Origin: Micavibrio sp. TMED2
Lineage (GTDB): Bacteria > Pseudomonadota > Alphaproteobacteria > TMED2
DNA: 64,000 bases
Assembly (NCBI GenBank): GCA_002168225.1
Contig: NHBH01000001.1
Span: 93,955 to 157,954, forward strand
Direction: 5' to 3'
Below, in pieces: positions 20,205 through 28,635 of this stretch. The translations under genes were made by a program, and so were the position numbers. The notes beneath the pieces are model-generated. The model ran no database searches and was not told where the DNA came from. It saw only the letters and a list, made by a program, of their open reading frames with translations. Within the stretch, counting starts at the first letter, position 1; the number at the start of each line of letters is the position of its first letter.

Positions 20205-20240
20205 ATTGGGGGGAGCTATATATTTAACTAGCCTTCCCAA

Positions 20241-20564
20241 TCAGTCGGTGGGCTTTTTCTCAAGGCAGTGCTTGTAAGAAATATCTACTTTGCTCTCGTC
20301 GGTACGAACCACCCAAAAACATCTAGTGGAAAACGGAGGGGCATCATCCGGCGGTGTATTGACTTCAAAACCCGCAATGCCGCTACCCACCTTCTCTACC
20401 CTCTCATCATGTCGATCAAGAAGTGCGGTCAGGTCTGCCGCATCGGCTTGGTTTACTCGCTCCCCAATTTCGTATCGGTTTAGCATTGCTTTGAAGAAGG
20501 CTGTTGCATCACCAGCCTTGTCAAAAGTTCGAGTTCTTAAGGCTATCTTCCTCGCTTTTGCCAT
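20241..20564 (-). CDS. DCL (DUF3223) family protein, IS passenger
   Basis: LNRYEIGERV...LLDRH...EKVGSGIAGFEV...RCFWVVRTDESKVDISYKHCL matches the DCL pattern. Confidence 0.82.
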   Translation of the reverse strand: MAKARKIALRTRTFDKAGDATAFFKAMLNRYEIGERVNQADAADLTALLDRHDERVEKVGSGIAGFEVNTPPDDAPPFSTRCFWVVRTDESKVDISYKHCLEKKPTD

Positions 20565-20574
20565 AACGTGCCAC

Positions 20575-21612
20575 CTATTGCTCGATTAGTTTTGGAGAAA
20601 GTCTCTTGATAGCTAGCTGAGATACTGAGGGTGGGATTTCCTTTTTCCCCTTGAGATAGTTCTTAAACTTGCCGCCATCCAAGTAGACATCTTGAAGCCA
20701 ACGACGATACTCCCCCAGTGCATCAAGAGGATAGCAGTTGGCGATCTGGGGATTTGACTTGGCTTGCGGGTGATCTTTTGGGTAGCGATGCGGGAATTTT
20801 TCACGATCCCCAAAGCGGCTTTCGAGATCGTTTGCATCCCAATACTTTGCCCAATGCTGGCCAATGGAAATATCAGGAACCATCTTTTCCCCGATTTCAG
20901 CGCCAGCCATGATCAACTCATAAATCACAGTATGAGCCTCATTAAAGATGCTGAAATACCCACTCGGGGCGCTTTGATGGTTTAATTCGATGCGTTCATG
21001 CCATTTGCGAAGTGGCTCAGCTATGCCGCCAGTTGGGTCATATCCCACCTGACTGTAAATCATTTCTTTTAGCTTAGACCCGGCAAGTAGGCGAAAGTTC
21101 TTTCTGGCTTCCGGGCGGACATTGGAGCCTGCATCCAGTGCATAGTACTCCAGAACTGCCAAACAGATTTCTGCCGGGTAACAGAAGTGAACAACGCCCT
21201 TGTGTGGCACTTCGATATGGGGCTGCGCAAAATCCGCACCAGCTTCTAAAAGAATGCCCTTGATCGTAGAAATTCTGGGTTTTTGAACAGACTCTTTCCA
21301 CTGGCTGCTGATAGTGCCGATATGGGCGTTTTGAACACCGCACAAGGCCGCAAGTCCACGCTGGTTTAGGTATGGAGTGCCATCAGACAGGACACCCATG
21401 CCGATGCCCTCTATGTCGCGCTCTATGTCTATTCCAAGGTCAAAAGTGCCTTGATCAGAGGTGATTTTCTTCCTACGCCTAACAGGCGCTAATTTGTTGA
21501 TTTTTCTATCCATCGAGGTGATTTCCTTCCCGTAAACTCGTGGCGAAATTGCGCCCACTACCTCGTCAAAAGTCGCGTCGATAGGATCAATCTTGTCTTT
21601 TTTGTCAGCCAT
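20575..21612 (-). CDS. bstA: BstA-like phage-defence (abortive infection) protein, IS passenger
   Basis: Colinear blocks shared with BstA as I recall it: GMGVLSDGTPYLNQRGLAALCGV, YPAEICLAVLEYYALDA, ARKNFRLLA, PSGYFSIFNE, VPDISIGQHW, YP...PQ...YPLDALGEYRRWL. Alternative start at ATG 21513. Confidence 0.82.
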   Translation of the reverse strand: MADKKDKIDPIDATFDEVVGAISPRVYGKEITSMDRKINKLAPVRRRKKITSDQGTFDLGIDIERDIEGIGMGVLSDGTPYLNQRGLAALCGVQNAHIGTISSQWKESVQKPRISTIKGILLEAGADFAQPHIEVPHKGVVHFCYPAEICLAVLEYYALDAGSNVRPEARKNFRLLAGSKLKEMIYSQVGYDPTGGIAEPLRKWHERIELNHQSAPSGYFSIFNEAHTVIYELIMAGAEIGEKMVPDISIGQHWAKYWDANDLESRFGDREKFPHRYPKDHPQAKSNPQIANCYPLDALGEYRRWLQDVYLDGGKFKNYLKGKKEIPPSVSQLAIKRLSPKLIEQ

Positions 21613-22537
21613 TGATCAGCCCTTTGTAGGTCAGTCGCTTATCGGCCATGCGGTCGATTGTCATTTCAATGAAGTCCATGGTGCCAATCTGAGCCGTGTT
21701 GTGACGGAATCAGAACTCCCTCACATAGCGGTGCAGATGCTCGGCGCTCATGTAGTGATAGATACCGATGTAACCGCGCTTGAGCAGGGACCAGAAGCTT
21801 TCAATGCCGTTGGTATGCGCCATATCGCGAACGTATTCGCCAGAAGAGTGATTGATGGTGATGTGATTGTAGCCTGCGCTTGACAGGCCAATACAGCCGC
21901 CGTGCGTGTCTGTGACTATGGTTGCCCCTGTCTTGCAGTGATCTTTCACAAAGTCGGTAAGTGTCTTTGCCTTCGTGTTTTCAACCACAACGGCGCGCAC
22001 TTCACCATGCTGGTCACGAACGCCCACAACCGCAGTTTTACCAACGGTGCCGCGACCAGCGCGGAGTTTTTTGCTGGCGTGTTTATTGCGCTCTTTGCCG
22101 CCGATGTATGTTTCGTCAATCTGCACCTGACCATCCGTGTGGTCGTCGCGGTCTTTCAGCCATGTCTCGCGGATACGCTGAGCGAGAAACCATGCGGTTT
22201 TCTGAGTTACGCCAAGTTCGCGCGCCATCTGGGTGTTAGGGATGCCCTTACGGGCACTGGTGAGCATGAAAATGGCCAGAAGCCACTTTTGCAAGGGAAG
22301 TCGGCTCTCGGCCAGCACAGTACCTGTACGTACGCTTAAATGCTTGCGGCAATCTTTGCAGCGGTAAGGCATAGGTTTGTGGTCTTTGCACTCAACCACG
22401 TTGACAGACCCGCAATGCCCGCAAATAGCTTCGCCGTTCCAGCGTTTTGCCTCAAAGAACTTGCGCGCAGCTTCTTCGTCAGGGAATTTGGCGAAGAACT
22501 CAAATGTCGAAAGTGTCTCTGGCTTGTTTTTGCACAT
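21605..22537 (-). pseudogene. IS1595-family DDE transposase with premature stop
   Basis: Zn finger CGHC/CKDC, HTH, and catalytic QIDETYIGG, TD and NGIESFW motifs. TGA at 21710-21712 interrupts REF*FRHN, and the frame continues 34 codons (..KRLTYKGLING) to a second stop at 21605-21607. Confidence 0.9.
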
Positions 22538-22565
22538 GGGCTTTGCTCCTTACAAAACTCTTGTA

Positions 22566-22609
22566 ACTTAACTAGCCAAAGTTCGCAAGCTATTTTTGGC
22601 TAGTTAAGT
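22566..22609. repeat. Perfect 15-bp inverted repeat at the IS end upstream of the transposase
   Basis: ACTTAACTAGCCAAA (22566-22580) / TTTGGCTAGTTAAGT (22595-22609), 14-nt spacer; an internal inverted copy of the terminal IR. Confidence 0.9.
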
Positions 22610-22629
22610 ATATAGACCCTTTTTTTGGC

Positions 22630-23076
22630 TCATCCCCGTCGGTCGATGGGGGAGTCCATGACAATGTATGAGGTGATGCCGGAGACGCCGGGGACGGTGC
22701 CGAGGACCTCGGTATGGAAGCGTTTGTAATCGGCGAGGTCGGCTGCCTGTACCCGCAGCATGTATTCGATCGTACCGGTAGTGTTGTGACACTCAAGCAC
22801 TTGCGGCACATTGCGCATGTGATCCTCGAACCGCTTCTGGTCCTCCTTGGTATGGCGCGAGAGCTGCACCGCGACATAAGCGATAAAACCTGCCCCCAGC
22901 TTGCCGTGGTCGAGTACTGCACGATAGCCCTTGATAATGCCGCTCGCCTCCAGCGCCTGCACCCGGCGCAGACAGGCAGAAGCGGACAGCCCAACCAGAC
23001 CGGCCAGTTCGGTATTGGTCATGCGCCCGTCACGCTCAAGAGCTTGCAATATTTTCCTATCAATACCGTCTATCAT
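22630..23076 (-). CDS. Lrp/AsnC family transcriptional regulator
   Basis: IDRKILQALERDGRMTNTELAGLVGLSASACLRRVQALE; divergent from LysE. Confidence 0.95.
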   Translation of the reverse strand: MIDGIDRKILQALERDGRMTNTELAGLVGLSASACLRRVQALEASGIIKGYRAVLDHGKLGAGFIAYVAVQLSRHTKEDQKRFEDHMRNVPQVLECHNTTGTIEYMLRVQAADLADYKRFHTEVLGTVPGVSGITSYIVMDSPIDRRG

Positions 23077-23156
23077 CGCAAATTATTGTGCAAATAACCT
23101 GATAATCACATCAATACGCAGGCACATTGTGCCATATGCGCTGTATTATTGCACAC

Positions 23157-23771
23157 ATGATGAATCTGGAACTTCTCCCCGCCCTAATAACCTTTGCCTT
23201 TGTCAGCTCGATCACCCCGGGCCCGAACAACCTGATGCTGCTTGCCTCGGGTACCAATTTCGGCTGGACCCGCACGATCCCGCATATGCTTGGCATCTCC
23301 ATCGGTTTCTCGCTGATGATTTTCGGCGTCGGCGTCGGCCTGATGCAGATCTTCAATACCTATCCACTTGTCTACAAGAGCATGCAGGCGCTGAGCATTG
23401 CCTATCTGCTGTATCTGGCCTGGAAGATCGCCAATGCCAAACCGCTCGATCCCGAGAAATCGGCAGCGGCAGCAGCCGGTCGCCCGCTGACCTTCATTCA
23501 GGCTGCCCTGTTCCAGTGGGTGAACCCGAAAGCATGGGGCATGGGCGTGATCGCGATCAGCACCTATGCACCATCGGATAGCGGCCTGTCGGGTATCGTG
23601 CTGGTGGCCTTGGTCTTTGCGCTCGTCAACCTGCCCTGCATCAATACATGGATTCTGATCGGCACCCAGTTGAGCCGGTTCCTGCAGGACCCGAAATGGT
23701 TGCGGATATTCAACGTCACGGCAGCGGTTGCCATGGTTGCCTCGGTTATCCCGGTAATGTTGTTCTCGTAA
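23157..23771 (+). CDS. LysE family amino acid exporter
   Basis: ITPGPNNLMLLASG and FQWVNPKAW motifs. Confidence 0.93.
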   Translation: MMNLELLPALITFAFVSSITPGPNNLMLLASGTNFGWTRTIPHMLGISIGFSLMIFGVGVGLMQIFNTYPLVYKSMQALSIAYLLYLAWKIANAKPLDPEKSAAAAAGRPLTFIQAALFQWVNPKAWGMGVIAISTYAPSDSGLSGIVLVALVFALVNLPCINTWILIGTQLSRFLQDPKWLRIFNVTAAVAMVASVIPVMLFS

Positions 23772-23859
23772 AAGCCGTGACATGATGACGGTTGTTGTAG
23801 GCCGGGTCGTGCCCATATAGTTTGGCCAGACCAACCCCCGGAGCGATGACCCCCGCATC

Positions 23860-24537
23860 ATGCCAACAGCCTGCCGGCAATATCTCTGCGCTGCCCTGAC
23901 CGGGCTTTTGCTGATGTTCGCACCCCGCGCGGCACAGGCGCATCCCCATGCCTTTATCGATGTGGAGACCCGGGTGATGTTCAATGCCGAGGGTGCGGTT
24001 ATCGGCCTGCGCGAGGAATGGCTGTTTGATCCGCTCTATACCGCCTTTGCCCTCTATGATTTCGACAATGATGCGCCGGATTTTCAGGATCGCATCAATG
24101 ATCTGATGGCTGAAAATCTCAGCAATCTCGGCGACTACGATCTGTTCACCGAGATAGAGGCCGGGGGCAAGCCGGTGACCTTTGGCCCGCCGGAGAACAC
24201 CTCGACCAACATAATCGACGACCGCCTGATCATGCGCTTTACCCTGATGTTCGATCAGCCGGTAACCCTGAGCGGCAGTGGGGATGATGCCAAACTGGTC
24301 TACAAGATTTTCGACCCGACCTATTACATCCAGATGCGTCACAGCCTCGATGATGGCCGCATCTTCCTCGACAATGCGCCGGAGGGATGCACCAGCAAGC
24401 TGGTCGAGCCCAACCCGACCACCGAACAGATATTCATGGCCGCCGATCTCGACCGCAACGCCGAGGCACCGGAAGGGCTGGGCCGCCTGTTTTCGGAAGT
24501 CGTCACCATCACCTGCCCGACCGGCAGCAACGGGTAA
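23860..24537 (+). CDS. DUF1007 family periplasmic protein
   Basis: Signal peptide followed by HPHAFID; WLFD; IFDPTYY. Confidence 0.88.
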   Translation: MPTACRQYLCAALTGLLLMFAPRAAQAHPHAFIDVETRVMFNAEGAVIGLREEWLFDPLYTAFALYDFDNDAPDFQDRINDLMAENLSNLGDYDLFTEIEAGGKPVTFGPPENTSTNIIDDRLIMRFTLMFDQPVTLSGSGDDAKLVYKIFDPTYYIQMRHSLDDGRIFLDNAPEGCTSKLVEPNPTTEQIFMAADLDRNAEAPEGLGRLFSEVVTITCPTGSNG

Positions 24538-24543
24538 CGGCAG

Positions 24544-25452
24544 ATGTGGCAAGAGACCGTTCTCTGGATATTCACACAGCAGCGCCAGCTCCATGAGGCG
24601 CTGGTCAATGCCTTCAGCGCCAGCAACAGCGGCAGTGCCACCGCCTTTGGCCTGATCGGCCTCAGCTTCCTCTACGGCCTGTTTCATGCCGCCGGGCCGG
24701 GACATGGCAAGGCCGTGATTGCAACCTACCTGACCGCCCAGAAGGAACAGCTTGCCCGTGGCGTTGCAATGGCCGTGCTCGGTGCACTCTGTCAGGGCGT
24801 GACGGCCATCGTGCTGGTCTATGGTCTGGTCGGTATTGCCGGTTGGCTGCCGCGGGAGACCGATGCCGCCGTCGACTGGAGCGAGCGCGCCAGCTTCCTG
24901 CTGCTGGCGATCATGGGCCTATGGCTGCTCAAACGCGCCTGGGACAGCCTGCGGTCGATGCGCAAGACCCATAAGCATGATCATCACGGTCACAACCATG
25001 GACATGACCACCATGAGCACGGGCACCACCATGATCATGATGACCATTGCGGTTGCGGCCACACCCATGCGCCCGATCCGACGGAAATTGCCCGGCACCG
25101 CAACAGCCTGAAGGCAATGGCGCTGATCGTGCTGACCATCGGCCTGCGGCCCTGCACCGGGGCGGTACTGATCCTCGTCTTCGCCAAGGTCAGCAAACAG
25201 GATCTGACCGGCGTGCTCGCCGTCATGGCCATGTCCGCCGGTACCGCGATTGCGGTCGGCACGCTCGCCTGCCTCACCGTCTTCATGCGCGACTGGGCCA
25301 GTGCCCGCATGGCAGCGAGCAAGCGCCATGCCGGTATCCTGAAATTCGGCCAGAGTGCGGCGCTGACCATCGGCGGCGTCATCCTGCTGCTGCTCGGTGC
25401 ATCATTGCTGATGACCTCGTTCCACACAGCGGCCCACCCGCTCGGGCTTTAA
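24544..25452 (+). CDS. Nickel/cobalt transporter (RcnA/NicO family)
   Basis: HAAGPGHGK, His-rich loop with CGCGHTH, GLRPCTGA. Confidence 0.9.
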   Translation: MWQETVLWIFTQQRQLHEALVNAFSASNSGSATAFGLIGLSFLYGLFHAAGPGHGKAVIATYLTAQKEQLARGVAMAVLGALCQGVTAIVLVYGLVGIAGWLPRETDAAVDWSERASFLLLAIMGLWLLKRAWDSLRSMRKTHKHDHHGHNHGHDHHEHGHHHDHDDHCGCGHTHAPDPTEIARHRNSLKAMALIVLTIGLRPCTGAVLILVFAKVSKQDLTGVLAVMAMSAGTAIAVGTLACLTVFMRDWASARMAASKRHAGILKFGQSAALTIGGVILLLLGASLLMTSFHTAAHPLGL

Positions 25453-25546
25453 CAACGCCTGCTGCAAAAAAATTTACATTTGTGGGGATGATATCGGCGG
25501 GCGGCTCCGTATACGTCATAAATCCAACCGGAGCCATGAGCCCATT

Positions 25547-26797
25547 ATGACGTCCCTTTCCACTGTGACCTCTGCCGACCCCGCACCTGTTGCCTCACCC
25601 TCGACACCACCGGCCTATATCCGGCTGCTGCCCGGCGATCCCGCGCCCTATTTCACCCAAGTAAGCGCCGGTAACCCGCAATACACCTTCGATACCGCCG
25701 CGGGGCATTATCTCGTGCTCTGCTTCTACGGCACCGGCTCCGACCCGCATGCGCAGGCAGCTCTTGAGGCCGTACGTGCACGTGAAGACTTCTTCAATGA
25801 CAAGTCAGCCTGTTTCTTCGGTGTCAGCATTGATCCGTCGGACCGGTCTACCGGGCGGATTGCCAACCATATACCGGGCTATCGGCATTTTTGGGACTTC
25901 GACCTGAAGGCTTCCAAGCTTTATGGCATTGCCCCCAAAGCAGCAGAATCCGGACAAGGGAACGTTCCCCTAGCCCGGGCATGGGTCATCATTGATCCAA
26001 GCATGCGCGTCATCACCAAGGTCAATTTCCGCAACGACCGCAGTGATATTGCCGAGGTCATGCAGATCATCGACAAACTGCCGCCACTCGACCGTTTTAA
26101 CGGTCTCGAACTGCAGGCTCCGATCCTCTATCTGCCCCGCGTTTTCGAGCCGGAGCTGTGCCAGCATCTGATCGGCCTCTATGAAGAGCATGGCGGTTCC
26201 GAAAGCGGCTTCATGCGCGAGATCAATGGCCGCACGGTCGGGATCACCGATCACAAGCACAAGCGGCGCAAGGATTATCACATCAATGATGATCGCTTGA
26301 TCTCCACCCTGCAGGAACGCATCCTGCGCCGCATCGTGCCAGAGATCGAGAAGATCCATATGTTCAAGGCCACACGCATGGAGCGCTACATCGTCTCCTG
26401 CTATGCGGCCGAGGATGGCGGGCACTTCAACGCCCATCGTGACAACACCACCAAGGGCACGGCCCATCGCCGTTTTGCCGTGTCGATCAACCTGAATGAT
26501 GATTTCGATGGCGGCGAGGTTGGCTTCCCGGAATATGGTTCGCGCAGCTTCAAGGCTCCGGCAGGCGGTGCCGTGGTGTTCTCCTGTGCCCTGCTGCACA
26601 AGGTGAGCAAGGTCACGCGCGGTCGCCGCTTTGCCTTTCTGCCGTTCCTCTATGACGAGGCGGCAGCCCGCATCCGTGAGGAAAATGCCCGCTTCCTAGG
26701 CGAGAACGGAACAGACTATAAAGCAGGATCACATCCCGGTGTACCCAACCCTGAGCCGACAACATCGGCACCAGCACAAAACCCGGATGCGATCTGA
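25547..26797 (+). CDS. 2OG-Fe(II) oxygenase fused to an N-terminal AhpC/TSA-like domain
   Basis: LLPGDPAPYF...YLVLCFY...FFGVSID redoxin fold; HRD...LLHKV...GRR facial triad and 2OG-binding Arg. Confidence 0.87.
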   Translation: MTSLSTVTSADPAPVASPSTPPAYIRLLPGDPAPYFTQVSAGNPQYTFDTAAGHYLVLCFYGTGSDPHAQAALEAVRAREDFFNDKSACFFGVSIDPSDRSTGRIANHIPGYRHFWDFDLKASKLYGIAPKAAESGQGNVPLARAWVIIDPSMRVITKVNFRNDRSDIAEVMQIIDKLPPLDRFNGLELQAPILYLPRVFEPELCQHLIGLYEEHGGSESGFMREINGRTVGITDHKHKRRKDYHINDDRLISTLQERILRRIVPEIEKIHMFKATRMERYIVSCYAAEDGGHFNAHRDNTTKGTAHRRFAVSINLNDDFDGGEVGFPEYGSRSFKAPAGGAVVFSCALLHKVSKVTRGRRFAFLPFLYDEAAARIREENARFLGENGTDYKAGSHPGVPNPEPTTSAPAQNPDAI

Positions 26798-26819
26798 GCA
26801 ACAGAGTGATTGACCGGAC

Positions 26820-27353
26820 ATGACACGGGGAAGTTTTGACATCGTTGGCCAACTGGATGCGCTTCGCCGTTATGCGCGGGTGCTGGTGCGTCAGGATGAT
26901 GAGGCCGATGACCTCGTCCAGACGACCTTCCTGCGCGCCCATGAACGGATCGCCAGTTTCCGGCAAGGCAGCGATATCCGGGTCTGGCTGATGTCAATCA
27001 TGCACAACCAGTTCATCGACCAGCAGCGCAGCAGCCGTGCCTCGGCTGCCCGCGAACAGGATTGGCTCAACATGAACCCCGGCTTTGTCCAGCCATCCGG
27101 CGAGACCGCCGCACGGCTGGCGCAGCTGCGCACCGCCTTCCTGTCACTGCCGCAGGAACAGCGCGCCGCCCTGCATCTGGTCGCGGTCGAGGGCCTCAGC
27201 GTTGCCGAGGCCGCCGATGTGCTCGCCATTCCGCAAGGGACGGTCATGTCCCGCCTCGGACGGGCGCGGGCGGCGATCAGGGACTTTGAAGATAACCGGC
27301 CAGCCCGCAAACCGGGTCAGCCGCTCAGGATTGTTGGAGGACGGGATGACTGA
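26820..27353 (+). CDS. ECF sigma factor
   Basis: LRRYARVL...DDLVQTTF, WLMSIMHN, region 4 GTVMSRLGRAR. Confidence 0.93.
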   Translation: MTRGSFDIVGQLDALRRYARVLVRQDDEADDLVQTTFLRAHERIASFRQGSDIRVWLMSIMHNQFIDQQRSSRASAAREQDWLNMNPGFVQPSGETAARLAQLRTAFLSLPQEQRAALHLVAVEGLSVAEAADVLAIPQGTVMSRLGRARAAIRDFEDNRPARKPGQPLRIVGGRDD

Positions 27354-28128
27354 CGATCAGAACAAGGATCAGCACAGGGATCAGGACCTTGAAGCCGATC
27401 TGCTGGCCTATATGAACGGCCAGCTCGACCCCGACCGCGCGTTTGAAGTGGCCGAATATCTGGCACGCCAGCCGGAACACGCGGCCGCCATGTTTTCCGA
27501 TGCCAGTACGACCGAAGGCCTTCGCGTTGCCCTCGACCAGATTGCCTCACCTGCCCCTGAGGCACTGATTGCCAATGCGCGACAGCTGGAAAAGCGTCTC
27601 TGGCAGCGGCGCATCATTGCCCGGGCTGTACCAGTCGCGGCAGCGCTGGCAATGTTTGCAATCGGCTGGACCAGCCATGGGCTGGTCCAGTCGACGAAAC
27701 AGTCAGCAACGGTTGCACCGGTGGTCGAGGCAGCCCTCGATGCCCAGGCGGCTCTCGATCTGCGTCACTGGATGGTATCGCAGCCGGAAAGCGTCGTGCT
27801 CAACTCCGCCGAGATCGTTGCCGCCCTCGGCATCGATATTCCGACATTGCCGAAGGACTGGGTAGTCTGGGACGTGCAGGTTGTCTCAGCCCCCGAGCGC
27901 CCGGCGGTTGCCATCGCCCTTGACACCCCGGAATTCGGGCGGATCATGCTGTTCTCCATGACCCGCGCACCGTTCGACGAGCAGGACCCGCTCGACGCCT
28001 TTGAATATGAGGGCCGGGCCGTCGCGGTATTCGAGCGCGGCCGCGCCGCCTATGTGCTGGTCGATAACAGCGGCCATCCGGAGCAACTCTCCCACGGCGC
28101 GAGCCAGCTCATGAGCATGTTCAACTGA
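27346..28128 (+). CDS. Membrane-bound anti-sigma factor
   Basis: Overlaps the sigma gene stop; LLAYMNGQLD...VAEYL N-terminus, one TM helix, periplasmic domain. Confidence 0.82.
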   Translation: MTDDQNKDQHRDQDLEADLLAYMNGQLDPDRAFEVAEYLARQPEHAAAMFSDASTTEGLRVALDQIASPAPEALIANARQLEKRLWQRRIIARAVPVAAALAMFAIGWTSHGLVQSTKQSATVAPVVEAALDAQAALDLRHWMVSQPESVVLNSAEIVAALGIDIPTLPKDWVVWDVQVVSAPERPAVAIALDTPEFGRIMLFSMTRAPFDEQDPLDAFEYEGRAVAVFERGRAAYVLVDNSGHPEQLSHGASQLMSMFN

Positions 28129-28197
28129 GCCTGCCTTGAAAAAACCGGCGCGATCCAATATTCTGATAATATTATTGGAATATAGTCTGGATAGCGC

Positions 28198-28578
28198 ATG
28201 TTTATCAGGAAATTGATACTTGGCTTATCATTGTTGGCAATGCCACAGACCGCGCTTGCCCAATCAAATATGAAACCCGGCAGTGCGGAATTTAAGGCTG
28301 AGGTAGAGAGACTTATTTACGAATCTATACAACGCAACGCCAACAATTACCCGTCACCTTACAGCGAACAACCTCGATCAGCACTGCAAAACCAAATGCA
28401 GAGCCGACAGCGGGACTGGATCGACAGCAAACGTTTAGAGCGCCAGAGACAAATCGAATTACACGCCGCAGAGCGACACGCGACAACAACCCGTGAAAAG
28501 ATCTACATGCGCAACTTGCGCAAACAACAAGGTGCCTACTCGTATTCAGAGCACGACCGCATGTACAAAGGCTTCTGA
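28198..28578 (+). CDS. Hypothetical exported protein (orphan, lower GC)
   Basis: Signal peptide MFIRKLILGLSLLAMPQTALA; charged helical body. Confidence 0.6.
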   Translation: MFIRKLILGLSLLAMPQTALAQSNMKPGSAEFKAEVERLIYESIQRNANNYPSPYSEQPRSALQNQMQSRQRDWIDSKRLERQRQIELHAAERHATTTREKIYMRNLRKQQGAYSYSEHDRMYKGF

Positions 28579-28635
28579 ACGAAGACCGCGCGATACACGC
28601 ACCGCGTACCTATCCTCTCGTCGCCTCCACCACCA

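Larger units (their letters stand above)
20210..22620 (-). mobile_element. IS1595-family element with passenger genes (tIS)
   Basis: Terminal IRs CTATATATTTAACTAGCC (20216-20233) and the reverse complement of GGCTAGTTAAGTATATAG (22598-22615), 17/18 identical. Possible imperfect 8-bp TSD TTTATTGG (20202-20209) / TTTTTTGG (22621-22628). Visibly lower GC than the flanks. End positions are uncertain by 1-2 bp. Confidence 0.88.

Noticed and set aside
21710-21712. In-frame TGA in the transposase as selenocysteine or programmed readthrough
   Set aside because: The position is not a catalytic Cys, no SECIS-like hairpin is evident, and a simple nonsense mutation explains it.
24969-25066. CAT/CAC-rich quasi-repeat
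   Set aside because: Encodes the normal His-rich loop of the Ni/Co transporter; not an array.
27085-27345. Long N-terminal extension of the anti-sigma ORF
   Set aside because: Overlaps the ECF sigma gene; ATG 27346 with an upstream GGAGG is the better start.
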